Positions 36,342 to 43,233 of a stretch of 43,233 nt of DNA are shown here, piece after piece. Numbering within the stretch: the stretch's first letter is position 1; each line of letters begins with the position of its first letter. The notes beneath the pieces are model-generated. The model was given only the letters and a program-made list of their open reading frames with translations, ran no database searches and had not been told where the DNA came from. Made by a program: the position numbers and the translations under genes. The DNA comes from Ruminococcaceae bacterium UBA737 (GTDB taxonomy: Bacteria; Bacillota; Clostridia; Oscillospirales; Acutalibacteraceae): positions 33,351 through 76,583 of the forward strand of contig DBKZ01000057.1 in NCBI GenBank assembly GCA_002297415.1, given 5' to 3'.

Positions 36342-38114
36342 TCAGTTCCCCTTTTTCTTTTCTTCAATTATTTTTTTCATGTTTGAAGCCCAATCGTCAA
36401 CCGACATATCCTTGACATTTGCCGACGAAAGTCTTGCCTTTTCATCCTTTAAGACCCTTATGCTGTCATTTAAAACAGTAAGCGGATTTTTTTCGCATTT
36501 GTCGCTGTTGAAAAGCATTGCGACATAGCCCGATTCGGCAGGACTTAAAATATCTCCGAAGGACGATACATCCGTAGGATTTCCTTCCTCATATCTTTCC
36601 TTTATTCTTCCGAAGATCTTTCTGTTAAGCGCCGTTATAAATTCCTCAGGCTCAATCTCATTTAATGCATGGCCGCAAAGATCGGGGTGCTGTAGAACAG
36701 CGGCTATAACCGTTTCTTCGGCGTTTGTGCCGTATGGCGAGAGACGGCGCTGAGGATTTATATCGTCAAAGCTGTATTTCGGATGAATGATATTGTTTAT
36801 TTCTTTTTTCTTTTCATAACGGACATTTCTTTTTCTTAGCTCGTTTACCTTTGTTTCAAGAGCCGTTCTCGAAACCGAAAACTTCTCGCAAAGGCGGCTG
36901 ATATATAGGTCTCTTTCGACTATATCCGTTGTGTTAGCTATTATTTCCGCCGCGGCGTTTAAATATTTTATCTTGCCGTTATCGTCGGTCGCGTCGATAT
37001 TTCCTGCCGCGGCAAGAAGATCGTATTCAATAAGCGGAACGGCATTTTCGATTACCTTTTTAAACTTATCCGCGCCGTTTTTCTTTATATATCCGTCTGG
37101 GTCCTTCCCGTCGGGAACCACGGCAACCTTTATTTCAAGCCCTGTGCTTTTAAGGATTTCAGCGGCTTTTTTTACAGCCTTCTGCCCTGCCTCATCCGCG
37201 TCCATAGTTAGAATTACTTCTTTTGTGTACCTCGACATCAGCTTTGCCTGCTGGGGCGTAAAAGCGGTTCCGAGCGCCGCAACGGTATTTTGCAGACCTG
37301 CCTGATGAACGCTTATAACATCCATATTGCCCTCAACCAAAATTATCTGCTCGGAGCAATAGTTTTTTGCGAAATTCATTCCGAAAAGATTTTCGCTTTT
37401 TTTATAAACGGGCGTGTCGGCGGTGTTTACATACTTTCCGCCCTGCTTTTCGTTTTCGGGTCTTGCCCTTCCGCTGAAGCCTATTACTTTTCCTCTTATA
37501 TTTATAATCGGGAATACCGTTCTGTTTCTGAATCTGTCATAATATCCGCCGTTTTTTCCCTTAACTATAACATTTGCCTGAAGCATTTCGTTATCCGAAA
37601 AGCCCTTTGCCCTTAAATGCTTTAAAAGCGAATCCCAGCTGTCCGGAGCAGCTCCGAGCCCGAAATGCTTAATAGTTGACATCTTAAGCCCTCGGGAAAA
37701 ATAATAATCAAGCGCCCATTTTCCCTCGGGAGAAATTAAATATTTATAATAAAAAAGGGCGGTTTCCTGATTTATTTCATAAATTTTCGATTTTAATTTC
37801 TGCATGGAATCGGAAAATCCGTCCGAAACAATGCTTATTCCGCTTCTCTCTGCTAGAAGTCTTACAGCGTCAATATAATCGACCTTATCCATCAGCCTTA
37901 CAAAGCTGAAAACATCTCCGCCTGCTCCGCAGCCGAAGCAATAAAATGAGCCGTTTTGCGGATAGACCGTAAAAGAGGGGGTCTTTTCGTTGTGAAAAGG
38001 GCAAAGTCCTACCATATTCTTTCCGCGGTGCTTTAAATTCACATACTGCGAAATTACAGACTCAATGGGATTTTTATATTTTATCTCATTTATAACCTCT
38101 TCGGGAATAGGCAT
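36342..38114 (-). CDS. dnaG: DNA primase
   Basis: 590 aa with the zinc finger [11 protein letters not shown]...CFGCG and the TOPRIM motifs ILVEGNMDV and [10 protein letters not shown]. Confidence 0.95.
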   Translation of the reverse strand: MPIPEEVINEIKYKNPIESVISQYVNLKHRGKNMVGLCPFHNEKTPSFTVYPQNGSFYCFGCGAGGDVFSFVRLMDKVDYIDAVRLLAERSGISIVSDGFSDSMQKLKSKIYEINQETALFYYKYLISPEGKWALDYYFSRGLKMSTIKHFGLGAAPDSWDSLLKHLRAKGFSDNEMLQANVIVKGKNGGYYDRFRNRTVFPIINIRGKVIGFSGRARPENEKQGGKYVNTADTPVYKKSENLFGMNFAKNYCSEQIILVEGNMDVISVHQAGLQNTVAALGTAFTPQQAKLMSRYTKEVILTMDADEAGQKAVKKAAEILKSTGLEIKVAVVPDGKDPDGYIKKNGADKFKKVIENAVPLIEYDLLAAAGNIDATDDNGKIKYLNAAAEIIANTTDIVERDLYISRLCEKFSVSRTALETKVNELRKRNVRYEKKKEINNIIHPKYSFDDINPQRRLSPYGTNAEETVIAAVLQHPDLCGHALNEIEPEEFITALNRKIFGRIKERYEEGNPTDVSSFGDILSPAESGYVAMLFNSDKCEKNPLTVLNDSIRVLKDEKARLSSANVKDMSVDDWASNMKKIIEEKKKGN

Positions 38115-38139
38115 TTAATTCCCCCCCTTTCTTTGCTTT

Positions 38140-39150
38140 TTACATTCCCCACGATTTCGGAATGCAGATATCGGTATAGGTTAAAACCGCGAAATGGTCG
38201 GTCATTCCTGCAATATAGTCGACCGCCGCGCGCTCCTTTCCCTCTTTTCCATATATAAGACGGTATTCATCGGTAAGCTTGTCCGGATTTGAAATATAAT
38301 ATCCGTAAAGCTTTTCGATAAGCCCCTTAACCTTGCTTTCCTCCGACTTAGCCTTCGGGTTAAGATAAACCGCCTCAAAAAGGAAATCGTGAAGCATATT
38401 ATAGTATTTCTCGATTTCTCCGTCAAATTTTATGTTTTTATGCTCGCTCGAATTGACAAGCGATTTTACAAGACTTGTAATTCTCTTGCTCTTTGTATCG
38501 CCCAAATACTTACTAACGCTTTCGGGAATATCCGAAGCCTTAATCACTCCTGCCCTTACCGCGTCGTCAATATCATGATTCATATAAGCGATATGGTCGG
38601 CAATTCTGACTATTTTCCCCTCGGCGGTCTTTGCCCATTCGCCTCTCGTGTGGGTTAAAATTCCGTCTAAAACCTCGTATGTAAGATTAAGTCCTTTTCC
38701 GTTTTTTTCAAGCTTTTCGCAAACTCTCACGCTCTGCTCAAAATGAGTAAAACCGTTGCTGTAAAGCTCGTTTAGCGCCCGCTCTCCCGCATGGCCGAAC
38801 GGCGTGTGACCTAAGTCATGCCCTAAGGCGATAGCCTCGGTCAAGTCCTCATTTAATCTTAATGCGCGCGCGACAGTTCTTGCAATCTGGGCTACCTCTA
38901 AGGTGTGTGTAAGACGGGTTCTGTAATGGTCGGACTCCGGAGAGAGGAAAACCTGCGTTTTATGCTTAAGTCTCCTGAATGCCTTGCAGTGAATAATTCT
39001 GTCACGGTCTCTTTGGAAATCGGTTCTTAAGTCGCACTGCTCTTCCTTTATTTTTCTGCCCTTGCTTTCATCGCTGAAAGCCGCGTCCGAGCAAAGAATG
39101 AGATGCTCGTTTTTTTCGCTTCTGAGCCTTATGTTTTCCGTTTTTACCAC
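38140..39150 (-). CDS. dgt: dGTP triphosphohydrolase-like HD-domain protein
   Basis: 336 aa with FQRDRDRIIHCKAFRRLKHKTQVF and the HD motif GHDLGHTPFGH. The start is GTG. Confidence 0.88.
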   Translation of the reverse strand: MVKTENIRLRSEKNEHLILCSDAAFSDESKGRKIKEEQCDLRTDFQRDRDRIIHCKAFRRLKHKTQVFLSPESDHYRTRLTHTLEVAQIARTVARALRLNEDLTEAIALGHDLGHTPFGHAGERALNELYSNGFTHFEQSVRVCEKLEKNGKGLNLTYEVLDGILTHTRGEWAKTAEGKIVRIADHIAYMNHDIDDAVRAGVIKASDIPESVSKYLGDTKSKRITSLVKSLVNSSEHKNIKFDGEIEKYYNMLHDFLFEAVYLNPKAKSEESKVKGLIEKLYGYYISNPDKLTDEYRLIYGKEGKERAAVDYIAGMTDHFAVLTYTDICIPKSWGM

Positions 39151-39207
39151 CCCTTAAAAATTACTCTCTATTAAGATTATTAGACAAAAAATTCCTTTTT
39201 CCTCTTT

Positions 39208-39825
39208 TTAAAGCGAAAAAAATTTTTCTTTGCCCACATTTACCGAAATTTTGTTATAAAATTTTTCGTTTAAGGAATGCTCAAAGGTTTTAAAAGCCTC
39301 TTTTTTTACGGCAAAATCAATTTCGACAAATTCCCCGTAATTTATGTCAGTTACTACAGCGCCGCAATCGGATAAAAGCCTTTTTATTTCGTTTGCCTGC
39401 GCATAATCGCAACGGACAGAGCATTCTGTCATAAGCGTCAGCGTAACAAATTCCGCGCTATAAAGCGCATTTTTAGCCGCCTGCTGATAAGCGCGCATAA
39501 GTCCCCCGGGGCCTAAAAGCACGCCGCCGAAATACCTTGTCACCGTTATCACAACATCGCATAAACCTGCTCCGCTTATGATATCGCTTACAGGCTTGCC
39601 GGCGGTTCCGTGCGGCTCGCCGTCGTCAGAATATTTAGCCGTGCCGTCGCTCAGAGTAAAGGCGAAAACATTATGCTTTGCGTCATGATACCTCGCTTTG
39701 ACGGCGGATATGGTTTCTAATGCCTCTTCCTCGGTTTTAACAGGGCAAATCTGCGCTATAAATCTTGACCGCTTTTCGGAATACTCTCCGAATGCCTTTT
39801 CTTTAACTGTTTTAATTTCCGGCAT
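39208..39825 (-). CDS. yigZ: YigZ / IMPACT family protein
   Basis: 205 aa with SRFIAQI...HNVFAF...SDDGEPHGTAGKP, typical of UPF0029/YigZ. Confidence 0.85.
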   Translation of the reverse strand: MPEIKTVKEKAFGEYSEKRSRFIAQICPVKTEEEALETISAVKARYHDAKHNVFAFTLSDGTAKYSDDGEPHGTAGKPVSDIISGAGLCDVVITVTRYFGGVLLGPGGLMRAYQQAAKNALYSAEFVTLTLMTECSVRCDYAQANEIKRLLSDCGAVVTDINYGEFVEIDFAVKKEAFKTFEHSLNEKFYNKISVNVGKEKFFSL

Positions 39826-39883
39826 AAATTGCTCCCAACAAATTAAAATTGAAAATTGACAATTGAAAATTTAAAATTAAATT

Positions 39884-39913
39884 CAAAAATAGCCGTCTGC
39901 AAAACAGACGGCT
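39884..39913 (-). terminator. Rho-independent terminator of rpmE
   Basis: AGCCGTCTG-CAAAA-CAGACGGCT (39891-39913), followed on the minus strand by ATTTTTGAA. Confidence 0.75.
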
Positions 39914-39927
39914 TAAATTTTAGGCAA

Positions 39928-40131
39928 TTATTTATCCATGTTAAAGCGCTTTTTAAATCTGTCAACACGACCGCCGGTATCTACCAGCTTCTGCTTACCT
40001 GTAAAAAACGGATGACATTTAGAACAAATATCCAAACGAATGTCCTTCTTTGTTGAGCGTGTTTCAAATTCTGCACCGCAGGCACATTTAATAGTTACCT
40101 TTTCATACTGCGGATGTATTCCTTCCTTCAT
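39928..40131 (-). CDS. rpmE: 50S ribosomal protein L31 (Cys-containing type A)
   Basis: [22 protein letters not shown]...[13 protein letters not shown]. The start is the ATG at 40129-40131. The longer track ORF adds 18 non-conserved residues. Confidence 0.93.
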   Translation of the reverse strand: MKEGIHPQYEKVTIKCACGAEFETRSTKKDIRLDICSKCHPFFTGKQKLVDTGGRVDRFKKRFNMDK

Positions 40132-40175
40132 TCCGGTCACCCCTTTCAACATTCTATAATCAATATAACATTGAT

Positions 40176-40204
40176 ATTTTAACACACATTATCTCAAAAT
40201 GCAA
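40176..40204 (-). promoter_or_regulatory. SigA-type promoter for rpmE with an extended -10
   Basis: On the minus strand: TTGCAT (40204-40199), a 17-nt spacer ending in TGT, then TAAAAT (40181-40176). Confidence 0.45.
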
Positions 40205-40221
40205 GCATATTTTAAATTAAA

Positions 40222-40830
40222 TTAAGAAATTTTTTTCCTGATTGCTTCATACCACTCAACGGTTTTAAATTTCATAACATATTTTTGCGGATTTTCAGCC
40301 ATTTCGCTCGCACTCTTGCTTGCGCTGTCGGAAAGCTTTCCTTTTGCGGCGGACGGAATACAAACCGACGGGAAAACCACGCACCACCAATTATGCCCCT
40401 TTGCCTTTCCGAGCCTGACTATCAGTGCGGGATATTTTCCTGCGGGAAGAGTAAAGCTGTCATAAACCCTTGTGTCAAAATAGCTTTCTCCTACGCTTAC
40501 CTCGGCTTTATAATCATATCCGTTTTCTTTTATTACCCTTTCGGCAATTTCCTTTATCTCTTCCGTTTCACAGCTCGATTTATCAATCGCGTCCTCTAAG
40601 CTGCCGCAGTCCGAAAGCTTTAAGGAGCATTCCTTAAGTATTGCGTCCCTGACCTTTAGCTTCAGCGCCTGATCCTCTTTAGAATCCGAATTTGCAAGAA
40701 TATGGAGCCTTAAAACATTTTCTCTTAAATTGTCGCACTTGGCGTTAAAATCCGTAAAGCTTAACAGCACCGACGCTATAAGCCCGAAAAGAATTCCGAA
40801 ATGTATGCTTTTTTCTTTTATGTTTTTCAT
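40222..40830 (-). CDS. spoIIR: Stage II sporulation protein R
   Basis: 202 aa with an N-terminal signal/anchor. LRLHILANSDSKEDQALKLKVRDAIL is the SpoIIR signature, and NWWCVVFP is also present. Confidence 0.88.
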   Translation of the reverse strand: MKNIKEKSIHFGILFGLIASVLLSFTDFNAKCDNLRENVLRLHILANSDSKEDQALKLKVRDAILKECSLKLSDCGSLEDAIDKSSCETEEIKEIAERVIKENGYDYKAEVSVGESYFDTRVYDSFTLPAGKYPALIVRLGKAKGHNWWCVVFPSVCIPSAAKGKLSDSASKSASEMAENPQKYVMKFKTVEWYEAIRKKIS

Positions 40831-40889
40831 TTTTATTTCCTGCTTTCATTGAACTTATTCCAATTATTGGCAGAAATAAAAATTTTTAA

Positions 40890-41723
40890 TCAGCTTATTC
40901 CGCTTTCGCAAAATTCGGCAATGTATGCTTCATATTCTTTTTGCTTTAGAATTTCTTCCTTTGCCTTTTGCGCCCCGTCAAGCGAAGTAAAAATTCCGAA
41001 AACAAAAGGTCCGCTGCCAGAAAGCCCCGCGCCCGATGCCCCGAATTTTTTTAAAAGCTCAAAGGTTCCGTTATGCAAGCCCTCAAAAGCAAAATCGTTT
41101 TTTAAATATTTAAAGGGATTTTCATTTCCTCTGTTAAGTGCGCTTAAAAAAAGCTCCGTTCCCCTTTCTTTAATAAAACCTAAGTCCGCTTTTTTATACA
41201 TTTCGGCGGTGGACTTTTTTTCTCCGTCCCTTAAAAGCAGGGTATAAAAATTTTTGAGGGGGCTGATTTTTTCTATTTTTTCTCCTATTCCCCTTGCTCT
41301 CGCCGTTCCTCCGAAGAGGCAAAACGGCACATCCGCTCCGACACTTAAGCCTATATTTATCAAGGCTTCTTTGCTTAAATTTGTTTCATAAAGCCTGTCA
41401 AGTCCTATTATTACAGCCGCCGCGTCGGCGCTCGGTCCGCCGAGTCCGGCTCTTAGAGGAATATGCTTTTTTATCTGTATTTTCGCTCCGCCTTTAATTT
41501 TTGTAAATTCAAAAAAGCGCTTTGCCGCAACAAAGGCGGTATTATCCTCGGAGCAAAGCTCCTTTAAATCGGCGCAAACGGAAATACTGTCGCTTTTTTC
41601 AATAAAAACCTCATCAAAAAGCGAAACCGACTGCATAACCGAATCAATATTATGATATCCGTCATCCCGTCTGTTTAAAATATCAAGGGTTAAATTTATC
41701 TTGGCATTTGCTTTGATATACAT
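40890..41723 (-). CDS. ispE: 4-diphosphocytidyl-2-C-methyl-D-erythritol kinase
   Basis: 277 aa with KINLTLDI at the N-terminus and the GHMP kinase motif PLRAGLGGPSADAAA. Confidence 0.9.
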   Translation of the reverse strand: MYIKANAKINLTLDILNRRDDGYHNIDSVMQSVSLFDEVFIEKSDSISVCADLKELCSEDNTAFVAAKRFFEFTKIKGGAKIQIKKHIPLRAGLGGPSADAAAVIIGLDRLYETNLSKEALINIGLSVGADVPFCLFGGTARARGIGEKIEKISPLKNFYTLLLRDGEKKSTAEMYKKADLGFIKERGTELFLSALNRGNENPFKYLKNDFAFEGLHNGTFELLKKFGASGAGLSGSGPFVFGIFTSLDGAQKAKEEILKQKEYEAYIAEFCESGIS

Positions 41724-42422
41724 TTAAAAAACTCCGAATGTGATTTTGTTTAAGCTTTCTTTTATCGGTCTTATTTTAAGAAGATAAAAAGCGATAATTG
41801 CGCCTGAGAAATTTAAAATAAAATCGTCAATATCGCAGGAGCCTGTCATAAATACAAACTGCAAAAGCTCGATTGCGATAATCGCCGATGCGCAAAAAAG
41901 TGCAAATATATAAGCCTTGCGTGCCTTCTTAAAAACAGGCGGCAAGAGCAGAGCAAAGGGCATAAACACCGCTAAATTCCCGATAATATTTATAAAAATA
42001 TCGGAGAATGAAAGCAGACGGTGATTATAGCCGTTTATAAAAATCATAAATGTTTTAAAGGGAATGAAATTTGTTCTGTATTTAATATAATCAATTCTTT
42101 GCTCCCGTGAAGCCGTGAAAAATACCGTTATGTTCCTGCCGAAGGTTCCGTCAAACAGGGTAAGCTCCAAAACCGCGCAAAAATAAACCGCCAGCATAAC
42201 CTTAAAGGTGCAAAGCATGATTTTGCGCGATTCTTCCGTTTTGTGATTTTTACATCTTATATAAGAGCCGATATGAGCAAAAACCATCATCAAAACCGCC
42301 CAAACGGGTCTAACAATGTGGTTTATACCGGTATTTTTAATATTGCTTCCGAAAAAGAAGACTGCAAAAACAAATGATATATAATAAAACAGAGCAGAAT
42401 ATATTCTGTATTTTTTAATCAT
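41724..42422 (-). CDS. VanZ family membrane protein
   Basis: 232 aa, multi-TM, with the C-terminal motif ELLQFVFMTGSCDIDDFILNFSGAIIAF typical of VanZ-like proteins. Confidence 0.75.
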   Translation of the reverse strand: MIKKYRIYSALFYYISFVFAVFFFGSNIKNTGINHIVRPVWAVLMMVFAHIGSYIRCKNHKTEESRKIMLCTFKVMLAVYFCAVLELTLFDGTFGRNITVFFTASREQRIDYIKYRTNFIPFKTFMIFINGYNHRLLSFSDIFINIIGNLAVFMPFALLLPPVFKKARKAYIFALFCASAIIAIELLQFVFMTGSCDIDDFILNFSGAIIAFYLLKIRPIKESLNKITFGVF

Positions 42423-42483
42423 TATATCACCATATATTAAATATTACTTTTTTCTTCCCGACTTGTCAAGAGGGACCGAAAAT

Positions 42484-42512
42484 GTTTAGTTTATTTTTTT
42501 CAGGCAATAATA
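42484..42512 (+). promoter_or_regulatory. Candidate forespore (SigF/SigG-type) promoter for sigG
   Basis: GTTTA (42484-42488), 14 nt, then GGCAATAATA (42503-42512). This fits the SigF-type -10 pattern GGnnAnAHTR. It rests on the match to that pattern only. Confidence 0.35.
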
Positions 42513-42542
42513 AATTAAAACAACGGAGGTGCCTTGAAAGCT

Positions 42543-43233
42543 ATGTATAATAACAAAGTGAACATCTGCGGAGTGGATACTTCAAGTCTCCCGCTTTTAA
42601 AGGAAAAGGAAAAGACAGAGCTTTTAAAACGGGTGAAAAACGGTGATAAATCGGCAAGAGACGAGCTTGTAAACGGGAATTTAAGATTGGTTTTAAGCGT
42701 CGTTCAGCGCTTTTCCGGAAGAGGCGAAGCCCCCGACGACCTTTTTCAGATAGGCTGTATCGGGCTTATGAAATCAATTGACAATTTCGATGTCAATCAG
42801 AATGTTCGGTTTTCGACCTATGCCGTGCCGATGATAATAGGCGAAATAAGAAGATATTTAAGGGACAACAATTCGGTAAGGGTTAGCCGCTCAATAAAGG
42901 ACACCGCCTATAAAGCAATGCAGGCAAAAGAAAAGCTTACGGCAAAATATATGCGCGAGCCGACCGTCAGCGAAATTGCAAAGGAAATTGACATGAAAAG
43001 AGAGGATGTCGTAATAGCACTTGAAAGCATTGTCGACCCTATTTCGCTTTATGACCCTGTTTACAGCGACGGCGGAGACACAATATATGTTCTCGACCAA
43101 ATCGGCGACAATTCCGACGCCGACTGCTGGCTCGACGAGCTTGCTCTTAAGGACTCTATAAAGCATTTGAGCGACCGCGAAAAATCAATTCTTTCTTTAA
43201 GATTTATGCAGGGAAAAACCCAAATGGAGGTTT
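42543..43233 (+). CDS. sigG: Sporulation sigma factor SigG. Partial: the 3' end runs off the window. Absent from the ORF track.
   Basis: Translation from the ATG at 42543 gives MYNNKVNICGVDTSSLPLLKEKEKTELLKRVKNGDKSARDELVNGNLRLVLSVVQRFSGRGEAPDDLFQIGCIGLMKSIDNFDVNQNVRFSTYAVPMIIGEIRRYLRDNNSVRVSRS.... This is near-collinear with Bacillus SigG, including the N-terminal KVxICGVDTSxLP that distinguishes SigG from SigF. Confidence 0.9.
   Translation, partial: MYNNKVNICGVDTSSLPLLKEKEKTELLKRVKNGDKSARDELVNGNLRLVLSVVQRFSGRGEAPDDLFQIGCIGLMKSIDNFDVNQNVRFSTYAVPMIIGEIRRYLRDNNSVRVSRSIKDTAYKAMQAKEKLTAKYMREPTVSEIAKEIDMKREDVVIALESIVDPISLYDPVYSDGGDTIYVLDQIGDNSDADCWLDELALKDSIKHLSDREKSILSLRFMQGKTQMEV

Noticed and set aside
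39841-39884. An AT-rich repeat (AATTGAAAATTGACAATTGAAAATTT) upstream of yigZ as a possible operator or iteron.
   Set aside because: It is short and low-complexity, lies in a promoter-type AT-rich region, and has only two imperfect copies. That is insufficient to call a regulatory site.

Overview
This is a 43.2-kb chromosomal window from a low-GC, endospore-forming Firmicute. I infer it is Clostridia-like from gene content alone: spoIIR, sigG, ytfI/ytfJ, whiA and a type III glutamine synthetase. No database search was possible, so all product calls rest on motifs I recognise by eye in the translations.

Most of the window is densely packed core housekeeping.
- Minus strand, 1-19989: hrcA with its CIRCE operator, a phosphoribosyltransferase, a HIT protein, alaS, a heterodimeric ABC exporter pair, an M24 aminopeptidase, pfkA, dnaE, whiA, rapZ, murB, glcK and hprK.
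- Plus strand, 20132-33489: ychF, then a cell-envelope operon (alr-like racemase, ATP-grasp ligase, AsnB-type amidotransferase, MurJ/SpoVB-type flippase, canonical alr, an alpha/beta hydrolase, an LCP-like protein and a frameshifted transglutaminase-like lipoprotein), then a type III glutamine synthetase.
- Minus strand, 33887-42422: an amidase, dgt-dnaG-rpoD with two small unknown genes, yigZ, rpmE, spoIIR, ispE and vanZ.
- Plus strand, 42543 to the window end: partial sigG.

No transposases, CRISPR arrays, rRNA or tRNA genes were seen.

The signals that the genes do not explain are:
1. The glnA/amidase convergent gap (33498-33886) is completely filled by two tandem copies of a ~190-nt multi-hairpin element. 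Their stems covary, and each copy carries five TAGA motifs at an exact 7-nt period. This is my best candidate for an undescribed structured RNA or protein-binding RNA platform.
2. A 29-nt terminator hairpin is directly duplicated around a 233-bp GC-rich, hairpin-dense insert (10520-10810).
3. The racemase / ATP-grasp / AsnB / flippase / racemase module looks like a self-contained peptidoglycan side-chain synthesis and amidation operon.
4. An otherwise intact lipoprotein gene is broken by two +1 frameshifts, the first in an A7 tract.
5. A 17-bp perfect hairpin acts as a terminator and also sequesters the amidase Shine-Dalgarno sequence.
6. yvcK is missing from the normally invariant rapZ-yvcK-whiA triad.
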